Assembly: GCA_035559535.1 (NCBI GenBank)
Contig: DATMBG010000037.1
Span: forward strand, 196,475-237,264
Origin: Candidatus Limnocylindrales bacterium
GTDB lineage: Bacteria > Moduliflexota > Moduliflexia > Moduliflexales > JAUQPW01
DNA: 40,790 bases
Direction: 5' to 3'
A program made the translations under genes and the position numbers. How positions within the stretch are numbered: position 1 is the first letter of the stretch; the number at the start of each line of letters is the position of its first letter. The notes under the pieces are model-generated. The model saw nothing but the letters and a program-made list of their open reading frames with translations, searched no databases and had not been told where the DNA came from. Positions 1-8,074 of the stretch are shown in pieces.

Positions 1-314
1 ACGGCCAAATAGCCTAATTTGGCAAGGCGACGGCAGACATCTTTGATGTATTCATGAACCCCAAAAATTTCTTGAACAACCAACACAACGGGGAATGGCC
101 CTCCAGAGGAAGGCATAGCTCTGTACGCAGGGAATTCACCATCTGCAGTAGGAATCTTTACCTCTCCTGCCGTTAACCCGGTGGTATCGGTGGTAATTGT
201 TTGTGCGGAAACCGGCTGCACTGCCAGAGCAAATCCGGTTGCCAACGTAGTGACTACAAACTCCCTCCTCGTAAACTCTGTCTTCGGCATCAAACTTTTC
301 AAATCTTCATGCAT
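1..314 (-). CDS. Dienelactone hydrolase family protein (Tat-exported), 5' part; runs off the window start
   Basis: Manual translation: [43 protein letters not shown]...[45 protein letters not shown]. The [17 protein letters not shown] motif is typical of DLH, with a twin-Arg signal and an AGGAG RBS upstream. Not in the ORF track. Confidence 0.88.
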   Translation of the reverse strand, partial: MHEDLKSLMPKTEFTRREFVVTTLATGFALAVQPVSAQTITTDTTGLTAGEVKIPTADGEFPAYRAMPSSGGPFPVVLVVQEIFGVHEYIKDVCRRLAKLGYLA

Positions 315-404
315 CGTACTTTCTCCTTCCATACATAACATATCCTAAAACGGATCTATACTCTACTTTTACAGTTTTTAAAGGTTTATCCCTGAAGGGG
401 TCAA

Positions 405-470
405 AAGTATGGGAGTATGGGAGTATATTCTCCCACACCTCCCTACCTCCACACTTCCATACTTTCACAG
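405..470. repeat. Short 8-mer tandem repeat arms (GTATGGGA / TCCCACAC-like) forming an imperfect hairpin
   Basis: gtatgggagtatgggagta...ctcccacacctccctacctccacacttccatac; same repeat type as 14700-14857. Confidence 0.6.
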
Positions 471-621
471 TCCTTCGCGGATAAAAATGCAAAAGTGTAG
501 ATCTATACTATTTAGGATTTAAACGGGTTGTTAACCAATCGTTTCGATCCTGTCAGGATAATATGTATTACCCTATTCCAGAGAAATACTTTTAAGCAAG
601 TACAATTTTTTTTCCCTCTAG

Positions 622-749
622 TACACTGTTTACTTAATTTTAGCCTCATAGGGCTACTTTCACTCCCCAGCTCCCCTCTCCCGCAGCGTGGGAGAGGGGC
701 CGGGGGTGAGGGTCCCTTAAAAGTCAAGCAAAACTAAGTAAACAAAGTA
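622..749. mobile_element. 128-bp MITE-like element, copy 1
   Basis: Terminal inverted repeats tacactgtttacttaatttt / aaaactaagtaaacaaagta, flanked by CTAG on both sides (618-621, 750-753), with an internal GC-rich hairpin. A near-identical 128-bp copy lies at 34467-34594. Confidence 0.8.
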
Positions 750-908
750 CTAGGATACTTACCGTATTTCTTTAAAATTGAACCTTCTCGTTCTCAGGTA
801 TAACACCAATTCAATATAGAAACCTGGCCTAGATGGTAGGGACGAGGGGACGCGGGGACACAGCGACGCGGAGACCCAACCCTTCCCTAGGGAAACCTGA
901 CCTAAATG

Positions 909-971
909 GTAGGGGCAGCCCTCTGGGACTGCCCTATTTAAGGTCGATCCCATCGGGGTCATCGCCTCTAC
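909..971. repeat. Inverted pair of GTAG-type REP-like palindromes (REPIN-like)
   Basis: gtaggggcagccctctgggactgccct on + and gtagaggcgatgacccc...gatcgacct on -. Nested within caccaattc...gaattggta inverted ends (~804-1003). Confidence 0.45.
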
Positions 972-1526
972 ACATAATGTGACATCTTTATGGAGAATTG
1001 GTATAATCTGGGAATGAGGCAGGAACGGAAGTTTATATAAAACTACAAGGATATAGCTACCTACAGATTTGATAATTTTTTCATAACTTTTGCTCCCGAC
1101 AAGACCATCAACAGCTTTTTCTTGTAAAGGCGCTCTCCAGGTATCTAGGTAAGAGATTTGCCGAGATGCTCCAACAGGTCTATGACCGGCGTAAGCCCTC
1201 TGAGACACCTCCCTTGTGGCTTCAAACGGACTCGACATTAAGGGTTTCTAGCCCTGGGCTGTCGTACCGAATCACTTGAACTTGCCATAAAGTTGCTCAA
1301 TATTGCTGCACGGGTTATTGTGGGGAGCCTGGTTCAAATGGCCTGTGATCCACAGACCAAAACCGAAAAAAATTCTTGACATTTCTTAACATTTAAGGAA
1401 ATATTATCATTCTAACGAAAACATAACAAGTCTGAACATGACCTTGCTCTCCCCACCGGAGTATTGAAATTCTGCCAGAGGACTAGGGTTTATAAAGAAA
1501 AAATTAGTAGCCGGAAGACTTTTATT

Positions 1527-1779
1527 TTGGAACCTGAAAAATCCGCCAAACCAAAATTTCTGGATCAGGTGCGTACAGCCTCGTACCCGGCATTACAGTC
1601 AACGCACCGAAGAAGCGTATGTGAGTTGAATTAAGTGCTTTATTCTATTCCACAACAAGCGCCATCCGGCAGAGATGGGTGCCAAAGAGATCTTCGAAAG
1701 ATCCACTTTCCGGAGTAAGACGAAGGTACCACTTAGGCGAATGGACATTACAGTGTGCCGTCAAAGAGGCTCGGCAAGA
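1527..1779 (+). pseudogene. intI: Integron integrase pseudogene (frameshift, nonsense codon, large internal deletion, 3' truncation)
   Basis: Reads KPKFLDQVRTA/(frameshift)RTRHYSQRTEEAYVS*IKCFILFHNKRHPAEMGAKEI, the IntI N-terminal domain with W->TGA at 1627. From 1694 it reads SKDPLSGVRRRYHLGEWTLQCAVKEARQ, matching the IntI-specific insertion (S.DPRSG..RRHH...LQRA.K.A). Confidence 0.88.
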
Positions 1780-1855
1780 ATTTTATCGCTATTTCCCGTA
1801 GGTAGTAGCCGTAAGAGTCGGTGAGGGGGAGAAGGCAAGAAGGAAGGGGGATTTT

Positions 1856-1956
1856 GCCTAACTTGGCTTGTAGTTGACCGAGGGTGGCGGGCGGGGGGAG
1901 TGGTTGACTTTGAAGACCTGTTCGCCCCCTCGGCAACTGAAGCAGGATCGTTAGGC
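1856..1956 (+). mobile_element. Integron attC site 1 (101 bp)
   Basis: Inverse core GCCTAAC at 1856 and core GTTAGGC at 1950. gctt[g]tagttg[a]ccgaggg pairs with ccctcggcaactgaagc leaving two unpaired bases, as expected for attC. Confidence 0.85.
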
Positions 1957-2025
1957 CTCAACGCCGAGAGCGAATTGCGCAAAGGTAGCGCGTTCACCTT
2001 CACGCTGCCACTTGACCAGAAATGA
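1957..2025 (+). pseudogene. C-terminal fragment (22 aa) of a histidine kinase HATPase domain
   Basis: LNAESELRKGSAFTFTLPLDQK* begins immediately after the attC core and matches the terminal (V)ESxxGKGSTFTFTLP motif. No start codon. Confidence 0.7.
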
Positions 2026-2026
2026 A

Positions 2027-2100
2027 ACCACGAAAGACACGAAATGGACGCAAGGGGCCGACCTGTCTTTCGGTTTTCGTATCTTTCGTGTATTCGTGGT
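2027..2100. repeat. Intergenic inverted repeat ACCACGAAAGACACGAAA ... TTTCGTGTATTCGTGGT
   Basis: Near-perfect arms of 17-18 bp between the kinase fragment and the hybrid kinase. This repeat type is not seen elsewhere in the window. Confidence 0.6.
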
Positions 2101-2109
2101 GAGCCTCTC

Positions 2110-5100
2110 ATGAAAGCTAGAATCCTCCTGATCGAAGCCAACGAGCAGAACCGTTACCTCGCCACGTTCCTGTTGGAGAAGCACGGCTTCACCGTGGTCC
2201 ACGCGCCCGACGGCCCGGCTGGCATCGCGCGCGCCAGGCAGGAGCGGTTCGATCTCATCCTGCTCGACATTCAATTGCCCGATATGGACGGCTATGAGGT
2301 TGCGCGCGCGTTGCGCGCCGAGCCGGCGCTGGCCGGAGTGCCGATTGTCGCCGTGACCTCCTACGCGATGGTCGGCGATCGCGAGAAGGCGTTGGACTCG
2401 GGTTGCACCGGCTACCTGGAGAAACCCATCAACCCGGACACGTTCGTCGCGGAAGTCTGCCGCCATCTGCGACCGCCCGGTGGAGAAAGCGAGGAAGCAA
2501 TCGTGCTCAAGGAATACAGCGAAACACTGGTCCGCAAACTGGAGGAGAAAGTCGCCGAACTCGAACAAGCCAACCGCGCGTTGCGCGAGAGCGAAGCGCG
2601 CTTCCGGGCGATTTTCGAGAGCGAACCGGAGTGCGTGAAGCTCCTGGCAGCCGATGGCTCGCTGCTCGCCATGAATCCCGCCGGATTGCAGATGCTCGAA
2701 GCTGATTCGTTCGAGCAGGTCGAGCGCCACTGCATGTATCCGCTTGTGGTGGAGGAACACCGCTCCGCCTTCCGTGAACTGACGGAGCGGGTGATGCGCG
2801 GGGAGTCCGATACGCTTGAATTCCAGATCGTCGGCCTCAAGGGTGGACGCCGCTGGTTGGAGACCCACGCCAGCCCGCTGACCGACGCGACCGGGAGAAT
2901 CGTGGCGGTGCTCGGCATCACACGCGATATCACCGAGCGCAAGCAGGCCGAAGCGGCGCTCCGCGAGAGTGAGGAGCGCTTTCGCCTGCTGGTGGACCAT
3001 GCGCCCGAGGCGGTGGTGCTGCTCGACGTGGAGACCGGCCGCTTCGTGCATAGCAATCCGGCTGCCGAAACGCTCTTCAAGCTGCCCGCCACCGAGCTGG
3101 CCCGGGTCGGCCCGGTCGAGCTCAGCCCGCCAGTCCAACCTGACGGCCAACCTTCTGAAACCAAAGCCCGTGCGCTCATTGCCGCCGCGCTTGCCGGCGA
3201 GAAACCCGTCTTCGAGTGGATGCACCGCGACGCCACCGGCCGCGACATCCCCTGTGAGGTACGGTTGCTGCGGATGGAACTAGGGGGGCGGACGATCGTG
3301 CGCGGCAGCGTGCTGGACATCTCGGAGCGTAAGGCTGCCGAGGCGCGCATCGGCCAGCTCAGCCGCACTTACGCGGTGCTGAGCGGTATCAACCAGGCCA
3401 TCGTCCGCGAAAAAGACCCACAGGCGTTGCTGACCAGCGCCTGCCGCATCGCCGTCGAAAAAGGCGGCTTTTGCCTGGCCTGGATCGGTTTGGCCGGGGC
3501 GGACGGGTGGTTGCGGGTCACGGCCCACGCGGGGGCAACGCCGGAGACGATCGAAGTGGTCCGTGCCTTTGTGGAAGGCCCGCAACCGGACTGCGCCTTC
3601 ACCTATCACGCGCTGCAGCAGGGCGAGCGGGCTGTGTGCCTGGACATCGCCAGGGACGAGCGGGCGCGCAACTGGCGTGACGCAGCACTGGCGCGCGGTT
3701 GCCGTGCGATGGCCTCCCTGCCGCTGCAGGTGGGGGACCGCACGGTAGGCACGTTCAACCTTTACGCGAGCGTGGCGGGCTTCTTCGACCAGGAAGAACT
3801 GCACCTGCTGGACGAGCTGGCGGCGGACATCGGGTTTGCCTTGGAGGCGCACGAGCGGGAACGCGAGCGGCAACGCGCCGAGCAGGCCTTGCGCGAACTC
3901 ATCCGTACGGTGGACGGCATCGTGTGGGAAGCCGATCCCGACACATTCCACTTCACCTTTGTCAGCTCGCACGCCGAGCGGTTGCTGGGCTACCCGGTGG
4001 AACGCTGGTTGAACGAGCCGGACTTTTGGGCTAGCCACCTGCACCCGGACGACCGTGAACGGGCCGTCAACTTCTGTGTTGCCGCCACCCGCGCCGGAAA
4101 GGACCATCAGCTCGAATACCGCATGCTGGCCGCGGATGGGCGCGTGGTGTGGCTGCGGGATCTGGTGACGGTAGTCGTCGAGGACGGCCGCCCGGTGAGG
4201 TTGCGCGGCATCATGGTGGACGTGACAGCGGCCAAGGAAACCGAGGCGGCCCTGCGCGCCAGCGAGGAACGGTTCCGCGAAATCGCCGAGACCATCGAGG
4301 AGGTTTTCTGGGTCACAAACCCGGAGAAAAACCGGATGCTTTACGTCAGCCCGGCCTACGAGCGCATCTGGGGTCGCAGCACGCAGAACCTGTATGCCTC
4401 CCCGCGCGACTGGCTGGAGGCCATCCATCCCGACGACCGCCCGCACGTGCTGGAAGCCGCCACCACCCGGCAGACCACAGGCGAGTATGACGTCGAATAC
4501 CGCATCGTCCGGCCCGACGGCCAGGTGCGCTGGATTCGGGACATGGCGTTTCCCGTGCGGGACGAGTCGGGTCGTGTGGTACGCATCGTGGGCGTGGCGC
4601 GGGACATCACCGATCGGCGGCTGGCCCAGGAGCGTTTCCGCCTCCTGATCGAGAATGCGCCGGACATGATCCACGTGATCGACAACCAGGGGTTGCTCTG
4701 TTTTCAAAGTCCTTCGGTGGAACAAATCCTCGGCTACACCGAGGAGGAACGGCTGGGCCGCAGCGTCTTTGATCTGGTGCATCCAGACGACTTGGCTGCT
4801 GTCCGGGCAGCGCTGGGGCAGGCCGTGGCTCAACCTGGCCAGTCCGTGAGGGTGGAATGCCGGTTGCGGCACAAGAACGGCCAGTGGCGGCTGCTCCAAG
4901 CGGTGGGCCGCAGCTTGCCGGAGCAGGCCGCCGAGGGGTTCATCGTGCTCAACTCGCGCGACGTGACCGACCAACGCCGGTTGGAGGAGCAGTTTCGCCA
5001 GTCGCAGAAGATGGAGGCGATCGGGCAGTTGGCCGGTGGCGTGGCGCATGATTTCAACAACGTCCTGACCACGATCATCATGCAGTCCGAGTTGCTGGAC

Positions 5101-6132
5101 ATGGACGAACAAGTGAGTCCGAAGATCAAAGACGGCCTGCGGCAGATTCGCGCCGCCGCCGGGCGGGCGGCGAATCTCACGCGGCAGTTGCTGCTGTTCA
5201 GCCGCCGCCAGGTGATGCAGCCACGCGACGTGGACCTGAATGAGGTCGTGACCAACCTGGCCAGGATGCTGCAGCGGATCATCGGCGAGGACGTGCGCTT
5301 ACAACTGCACCTGAACCCAATGCCGCTGTGGACACACGCGGACCCCGGCATGTTGGATCAGGTCTTGATGAACCTGGCCGTCAACGCCCGCGACGCCATG
5401 CCCGAGGGCGGTCAGTTGCGCATCGAGACGCTGACCAGAACCGTGGACGAAATGCTCGCCCGGCAGCACGGCGATATCTTACCCGGCGACTACGTGGGCT
5501 TGCGCGTGACCGATACCGGCTGCGGCATTGCGCCGGAACACCTGGCCCGCATTTTCGAGCCTTTCTTCACCACCAAAGAACCGGGCAAAGGCACGGGCCT
5601 GGGGCTGGCCACTGTGTTTGGAATCATAAAGCAGCACGGAGGCTGGATCGAGGTGGAAAGCCAGGTGGGACAGGGAACGACGTTTGAAGCGTATCTGCCC
5701 GCTCTGTCCAAGCCCGCCGCGGCTGCGGCGGTAGCCCGAGCGGTTGCCAGACCGCCGGGAGGCACGGAAACCATCCTGCTGGTCGAAGACGACGAGGCTG
5801 TGCGGCTGATGACGCGTGCGGTACTGGAACGGCACGGGTACCGGGTGATCGAAGCCCCGGACGGGCTGGCCGCCCTCGAACGCTGGGAACAACATCGCGC
5901 GGAGGTGGCGTTGCTGCTGACCGACATGGTGATGCCGCGCGGGATCAGTGGCCACGAGCTGGCCCGGCGGCTGCAGGCCGACCGGACCGATTTGAAGGTG
6001 CTTTATATGACAGGTTACAGCGTGGAACTCGCCGGCCGGAAATTGATACCGCAACCGGGCCAGAATTTTCTCCAAAAGCCTCTTCAAGCCGACGTGCTGC
6101 TGGCCGCCGTGCGGCGGTGCCTGGACGCGTGA
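2110..6132 (+). CDS. Cytoplasmic hybrid sensor histidine kinase/response regulator: REC-PAS-PAS-GAF-PAS-PAS-PAS-HisKA-HATPase-REC (CckA-like transmitter)
   Basis: N-terminal REC (ILLDIQLPDMDG, YLEKP), repeated PAS/PAC motifs (RDITERK, HPDD), GAF (SLPLQVGDRTVGTFNLY), H-box GGVAHDFNN, NLAVNARDAM, FFTTKEPGKGTGLGL, and C-terminal REC (LLTDMVMP). Start placed at MKARILL; the ORF is open from 2044. Strongly GC-rich codons. Confidence 0.95.
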   Translation: MKARILLIEANEQNRYLATFLLEKHGFTVVHAPDGPAGIARARQERFDLILLDIQLPDMDGYEVARALRAEPALAGVPIVAVTSYAMVGDREKALDSGCTGYLEKPINPDTFVAEVCRHLRPPGGESEEAIVLKEYSETLVRKLEEKVAELEQANRALRESEARFRAIFESEPECVKLLAADGSLLAMNPAGLQMLEADSFEQVERHCMYPLVVEEHRSAFRELTERVMRGESDTLEFQIVGLKGGRRWLETHASPLTDATGRIVAVLGITRDITERKQAEAALRESEERFRLLVDHAPEAVVLLDVETGRFVHSNPAAETLFKLPATELARVGPVELSPPVQPDGQPSETKARALIAAALAGEKPVFEWMHRDATGRDIPCEVRLLRMELGGRTIVRGSVLDISERKAAEARIGQLSRTYAVLSGINQAIVREKDPQALLTSACRIAVEKGGFCLAWIGLAGADGWLRVTAHAGATPETIEVVRAFVEGPQPDCAFTYHALQQGERAVCLDIARDERARNWRDAALARGCRAMASLPLQVGDRTVGTFNLYASVAGFFDQEELHLLDELAADIGFALEAHERERERQRAEQALRELIRTVDGIVWEADPDTFHFTFVSSHAERLLGYPVERWLNEPDFWASHLHPDDRERAVNFCVAATRAGKDHQLEYRMLAADGRVVWLRDLVTVVVEDGRPVRLRGIMVDVTAAKETEAALRASEERFREIAETIEEVFWVTNPEKNRMLYVSPAYERIWGRSTQNLYASPRDWLEAIHPDDRPHVLEAATTRQTTGEYDVEYRIVRPDGQVRWIRDMAFPVRDESGRVVRIVGVARDITDRRLAQERFRLLIENAPDMIHVIDNQGLLCFQSPSVEQILGYTEEERLGRSVFDLVHPDDLAAVRAALGQAVAQPGQSVRVECRLRHKNGQWRLLQAVGRSLPEQAAEGFIVLNSRDVTDQRRLEEQFRQSQKMEAIGQLAGGVAHDFNNVLTTIIMQSELLDMDEQVSPKIKDGLRQIRAAAGRAANLTRQLLLFSRRQVMQPRDVDLNEVVTNLARMLQRIIGEDVRLQLHLNPMPLWTHADPGMLDQVLMNLAVNARDAMPEGGQLRIETLTRTVDEMLARQHGDILPGDYVGLRVTDTGCGIAPEHLARIFEPFFTTKEPGKGTGLGLATVFGIIKQHGGWIEVESQVGQGTTFEAYLPALSKPAAAAAVARAVARPPGGTETILLVEDDEAVRLMTRAVLERHGYRVIEAPDGLAALERWEQHRAEVALLLTDMVMPRGISGHELARRLQADRTDLKVLYMTGYSVELAGRKLIPQPGQNFLQKPLQADVLLAAVRRCLDA

Positions 6133-6495
6133 GACGATGGCATCAACGGACGAGTCTTGCCGTGCGGGACACCGGCCGCATGTTCCGCAACCTCTAAAGT
6201 TGCGGGATGGTGGCACACGCGTCTCGCGTGTCGGTTTCATGTCACTCGACCGATGTATTCGGCGAGACCTCGGACACAACGTGCTCCGCCACGATGAAAA
6301 GCGAACTCGCCTTGCCCCGTGAGATAGGCGACTTTCGCCGGCTGAGAGGTTGCGATCCTGGCAGTGTTATCTCACGGCGCAAGGTAGCACACTCGGTTTA
6401 CCGGCGCACGAGAATTGGACAGATCAGTGAATGTAATCACGCTGCGGCGTTGATTGCTTCGTCGTGAACTGAGATGGAGGCAATCTTGTGAAGTG

Positions 6496-6589
6496 GTCTG
6501 ACAACCAGCTGAAGCTGCCGGCGCGTAGAAGGACCCAGGCGAAGGTCCCCGCGGTCCTCGTGTGCCGTAGCTTAGCCGGAGCGTTAGGC
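6496..6589 (+). mobile_element. Integron attC site 2 (94 bp; inverse core degenerate, GTCTGAC)
   Basis: GTCTGAC...ccagct[g]aagctg[c]cggcgcg pairs with tgtgccgtagcttagccgg, ending in gcGTTAGGC (6583-6589). GC content drops after it. Confidence 0.78.
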
Positions 6590-6619
6590 AGGTATATACC
6601 CGCAAACAAGGTGTAGAAC

Positions 6620-6664
6620 GATGAAGATGTGGAGGGAATGGATTGTCTCGGACCCTAAAGCGTG
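6620..6664 (+). pseudogene. Possible remnant of a DUF433-type antitoxin cassette gene
   Basis: MKMWREWIVSDPKA* about 30 bp after the attC core resembles DUF433 N-termini (WxxRIxxDP). Very short. Confidence 0.3.
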
Positions 6665-7137
6665 ATACAGCCCCCTCAGCATGCATAGAGCAGATGACAA
6701 TGGGTTGCAGGAAAACTGCCTGCTGGGATCTATACGGGGCGGCTGGGTAACTCGTCCTACCGCGATGGCCGAACCACGTACTTCTGAATAATATCCCTTG
6801 TTTTAACATACCTGTGAATCTTAATCTTATCTGAAAGTGAAATGGGTCGAGTATACTTTCTAGCCCTATTTGTATGGAAGTACCGTCCAATGGTCGGATT
6901 CATCATTGGGCATTCATTCCAGAAGTAGGTAAGTATTTACGGGTTGTCACGAAACCAGATGGGGAACCTGTACATAAGGCATTCTTTGACCGTGGCTTTA
7001 GACCATAGCCTGAGGAGTAGACCCTATGAAGTTTCGATAGGACTCAGACACCGACAGGGGCTTAGAAAAGCATTTGAAAAAAGACAACTTAGTGGTACGG
7101 ACTCAACTTTTAACTACAAAAGGAAAGGAGAAAGTTT

Positions 7138-7767
7138 ATGGCCGAACCTGCAATTCTTGAAGTATTCTCAGACTATGTTTGACCCTGGTGCTATTTCAGT
7201 ACGGGACGTATTGAGGAACTACGAAAAAACTATGAGGTAGAAATTAAATGGAGGGCTTTTCCTCTTCATCCCGAAACTCCAGAAGAGGGACAGACCCTGG
7301 AAGAACTTTTTGCGGGCCGTTCTCTGGATCTCGCCATCATGATGGCTCGCCTGAAGCAAGTAGCCGCCGTTGAAGGATTACCCTTTGGGGAACGTAGAAT
7401 GACCTATAACAGTCGTTTAGCCCAGGAATTAGGTAAATGGGCAGAATCCCAGGGTAAGGGCGATGAATTTCATAGGGCGGTTTTTCGAGCTTATTTTGGA
7501 GAGGGTAAGAATATCGGAAAGATTCCAGTACTCATAGATATAGCCCGATCTGTGGGTCTTTCAGATAAAGAGGCTCAGGCTGTGCTTGAGGAAAGAACCT
7601 TTAAGGAAGCCGTTGATTCCGATTGGCACCGCTCTTATCTTATGGGAATCACAGGGGTTCCGACTTTCGTAATCAACAGGCAAGGAGTTGTGGGCGCGCA
7701 ACCCTATGAGGTGCTGGAATTACTGATGAAGGCAGCGAATGTAAAAAAGCGTCAACCCGATCAGTAA
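7138..7767 (+). CDS. DsbA/FrnE-family thiol oxidoreductase, selenoprotein (UxxC; TGA at 7180-7182 read as Sec)
   Basis: RBS AAGGAG precedes ATG 7138. MAEPAILEVFSDYV-TGA-PWCYFSTGRIEELRKNYEVEIKWRAFPLHPETP is in frame with the 7339-7767 ORF, which carries the GITGVPTFVI cis-Pro loop. The TGA sits at the first Cys of D-x-x-C-P-W-C-Y. Confidence 0.88.
7196..7214 (+). promoter_or_regulatory. Putative bacterial SECIS hairpin
   Basis: TCAGTACG-GGA-CGTATTGA: 8-bp stem with one G.U pair and a G-containing loop, starting 13 nt after the in-frame TGA. Confidence 0.6.
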
Positions 7768-7875
7768 AACCTCCCATTTTCCTCTACAGGTTGAGAAAGC
7801 CAGTCTCAAATCCAGGAAACCTTCTGTTCCCTTACCGTTGGTTTTCATAAAGTAGAGTTTTCCATTAAATTTTTA

Positions 7876-7907
7876 TTGACAAACCTTCCTCGGATAAATG
7901 ATATAAT
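7876..7907 (+). promoter_or_regulatory. Putative sigma70 promoter of the cytochrome operon
   Basis: TGaTATAAT extended -10 (7899-7907). A TTGACA lies 20 bp upstream of the -10 (non-canonical spacing). Confidence 0.45.
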
Positions 7908-8074
7908 TAAACATAATAAGCCTTTATAAGGTACTCTCCCTTCAATTAGAAATGATCCAAAGGGATACCCCTCGAGTTTACAAGCGATCTTAAAAGCGTT
8001 TTAACCCGTTTGATCTTTGAACAGTAGGAGGAAATATTTACGTGAGTTAACTAACCTTAGGAGGTGGATGTGTT

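Noticed and set aside
759..1238. 159-aa minus-strand ORF
   Set aside because: Runs through repeat elements and the structured region; no protein-like motifs or clear RBS.
1627..1629. In-frame TGA in intI as possible recoding
   Set aside because: It replaces a conserved Trp in a gene that also has a frameshift and deletions; other genes use TGA as stop.
3280..5112. 610-aa minus-strand ORF, plus 1951-3225, 2412-3368 and 5479-6279
   Set aside because: Antisense shadows of the GC-rich kinase gene; no recognisable motifs.
6137..6467. Small ORFs (61 and 86 aa) in the cassette 3' region
   Set aside because: No recognisable family or RBS; cannot be supported as genes.
6944..7240. 98-aa ORF upstream of the DsbA-like gene
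   Set aside because: Overlaps the true selenoprotein 5' end in another frame; no homology cues.
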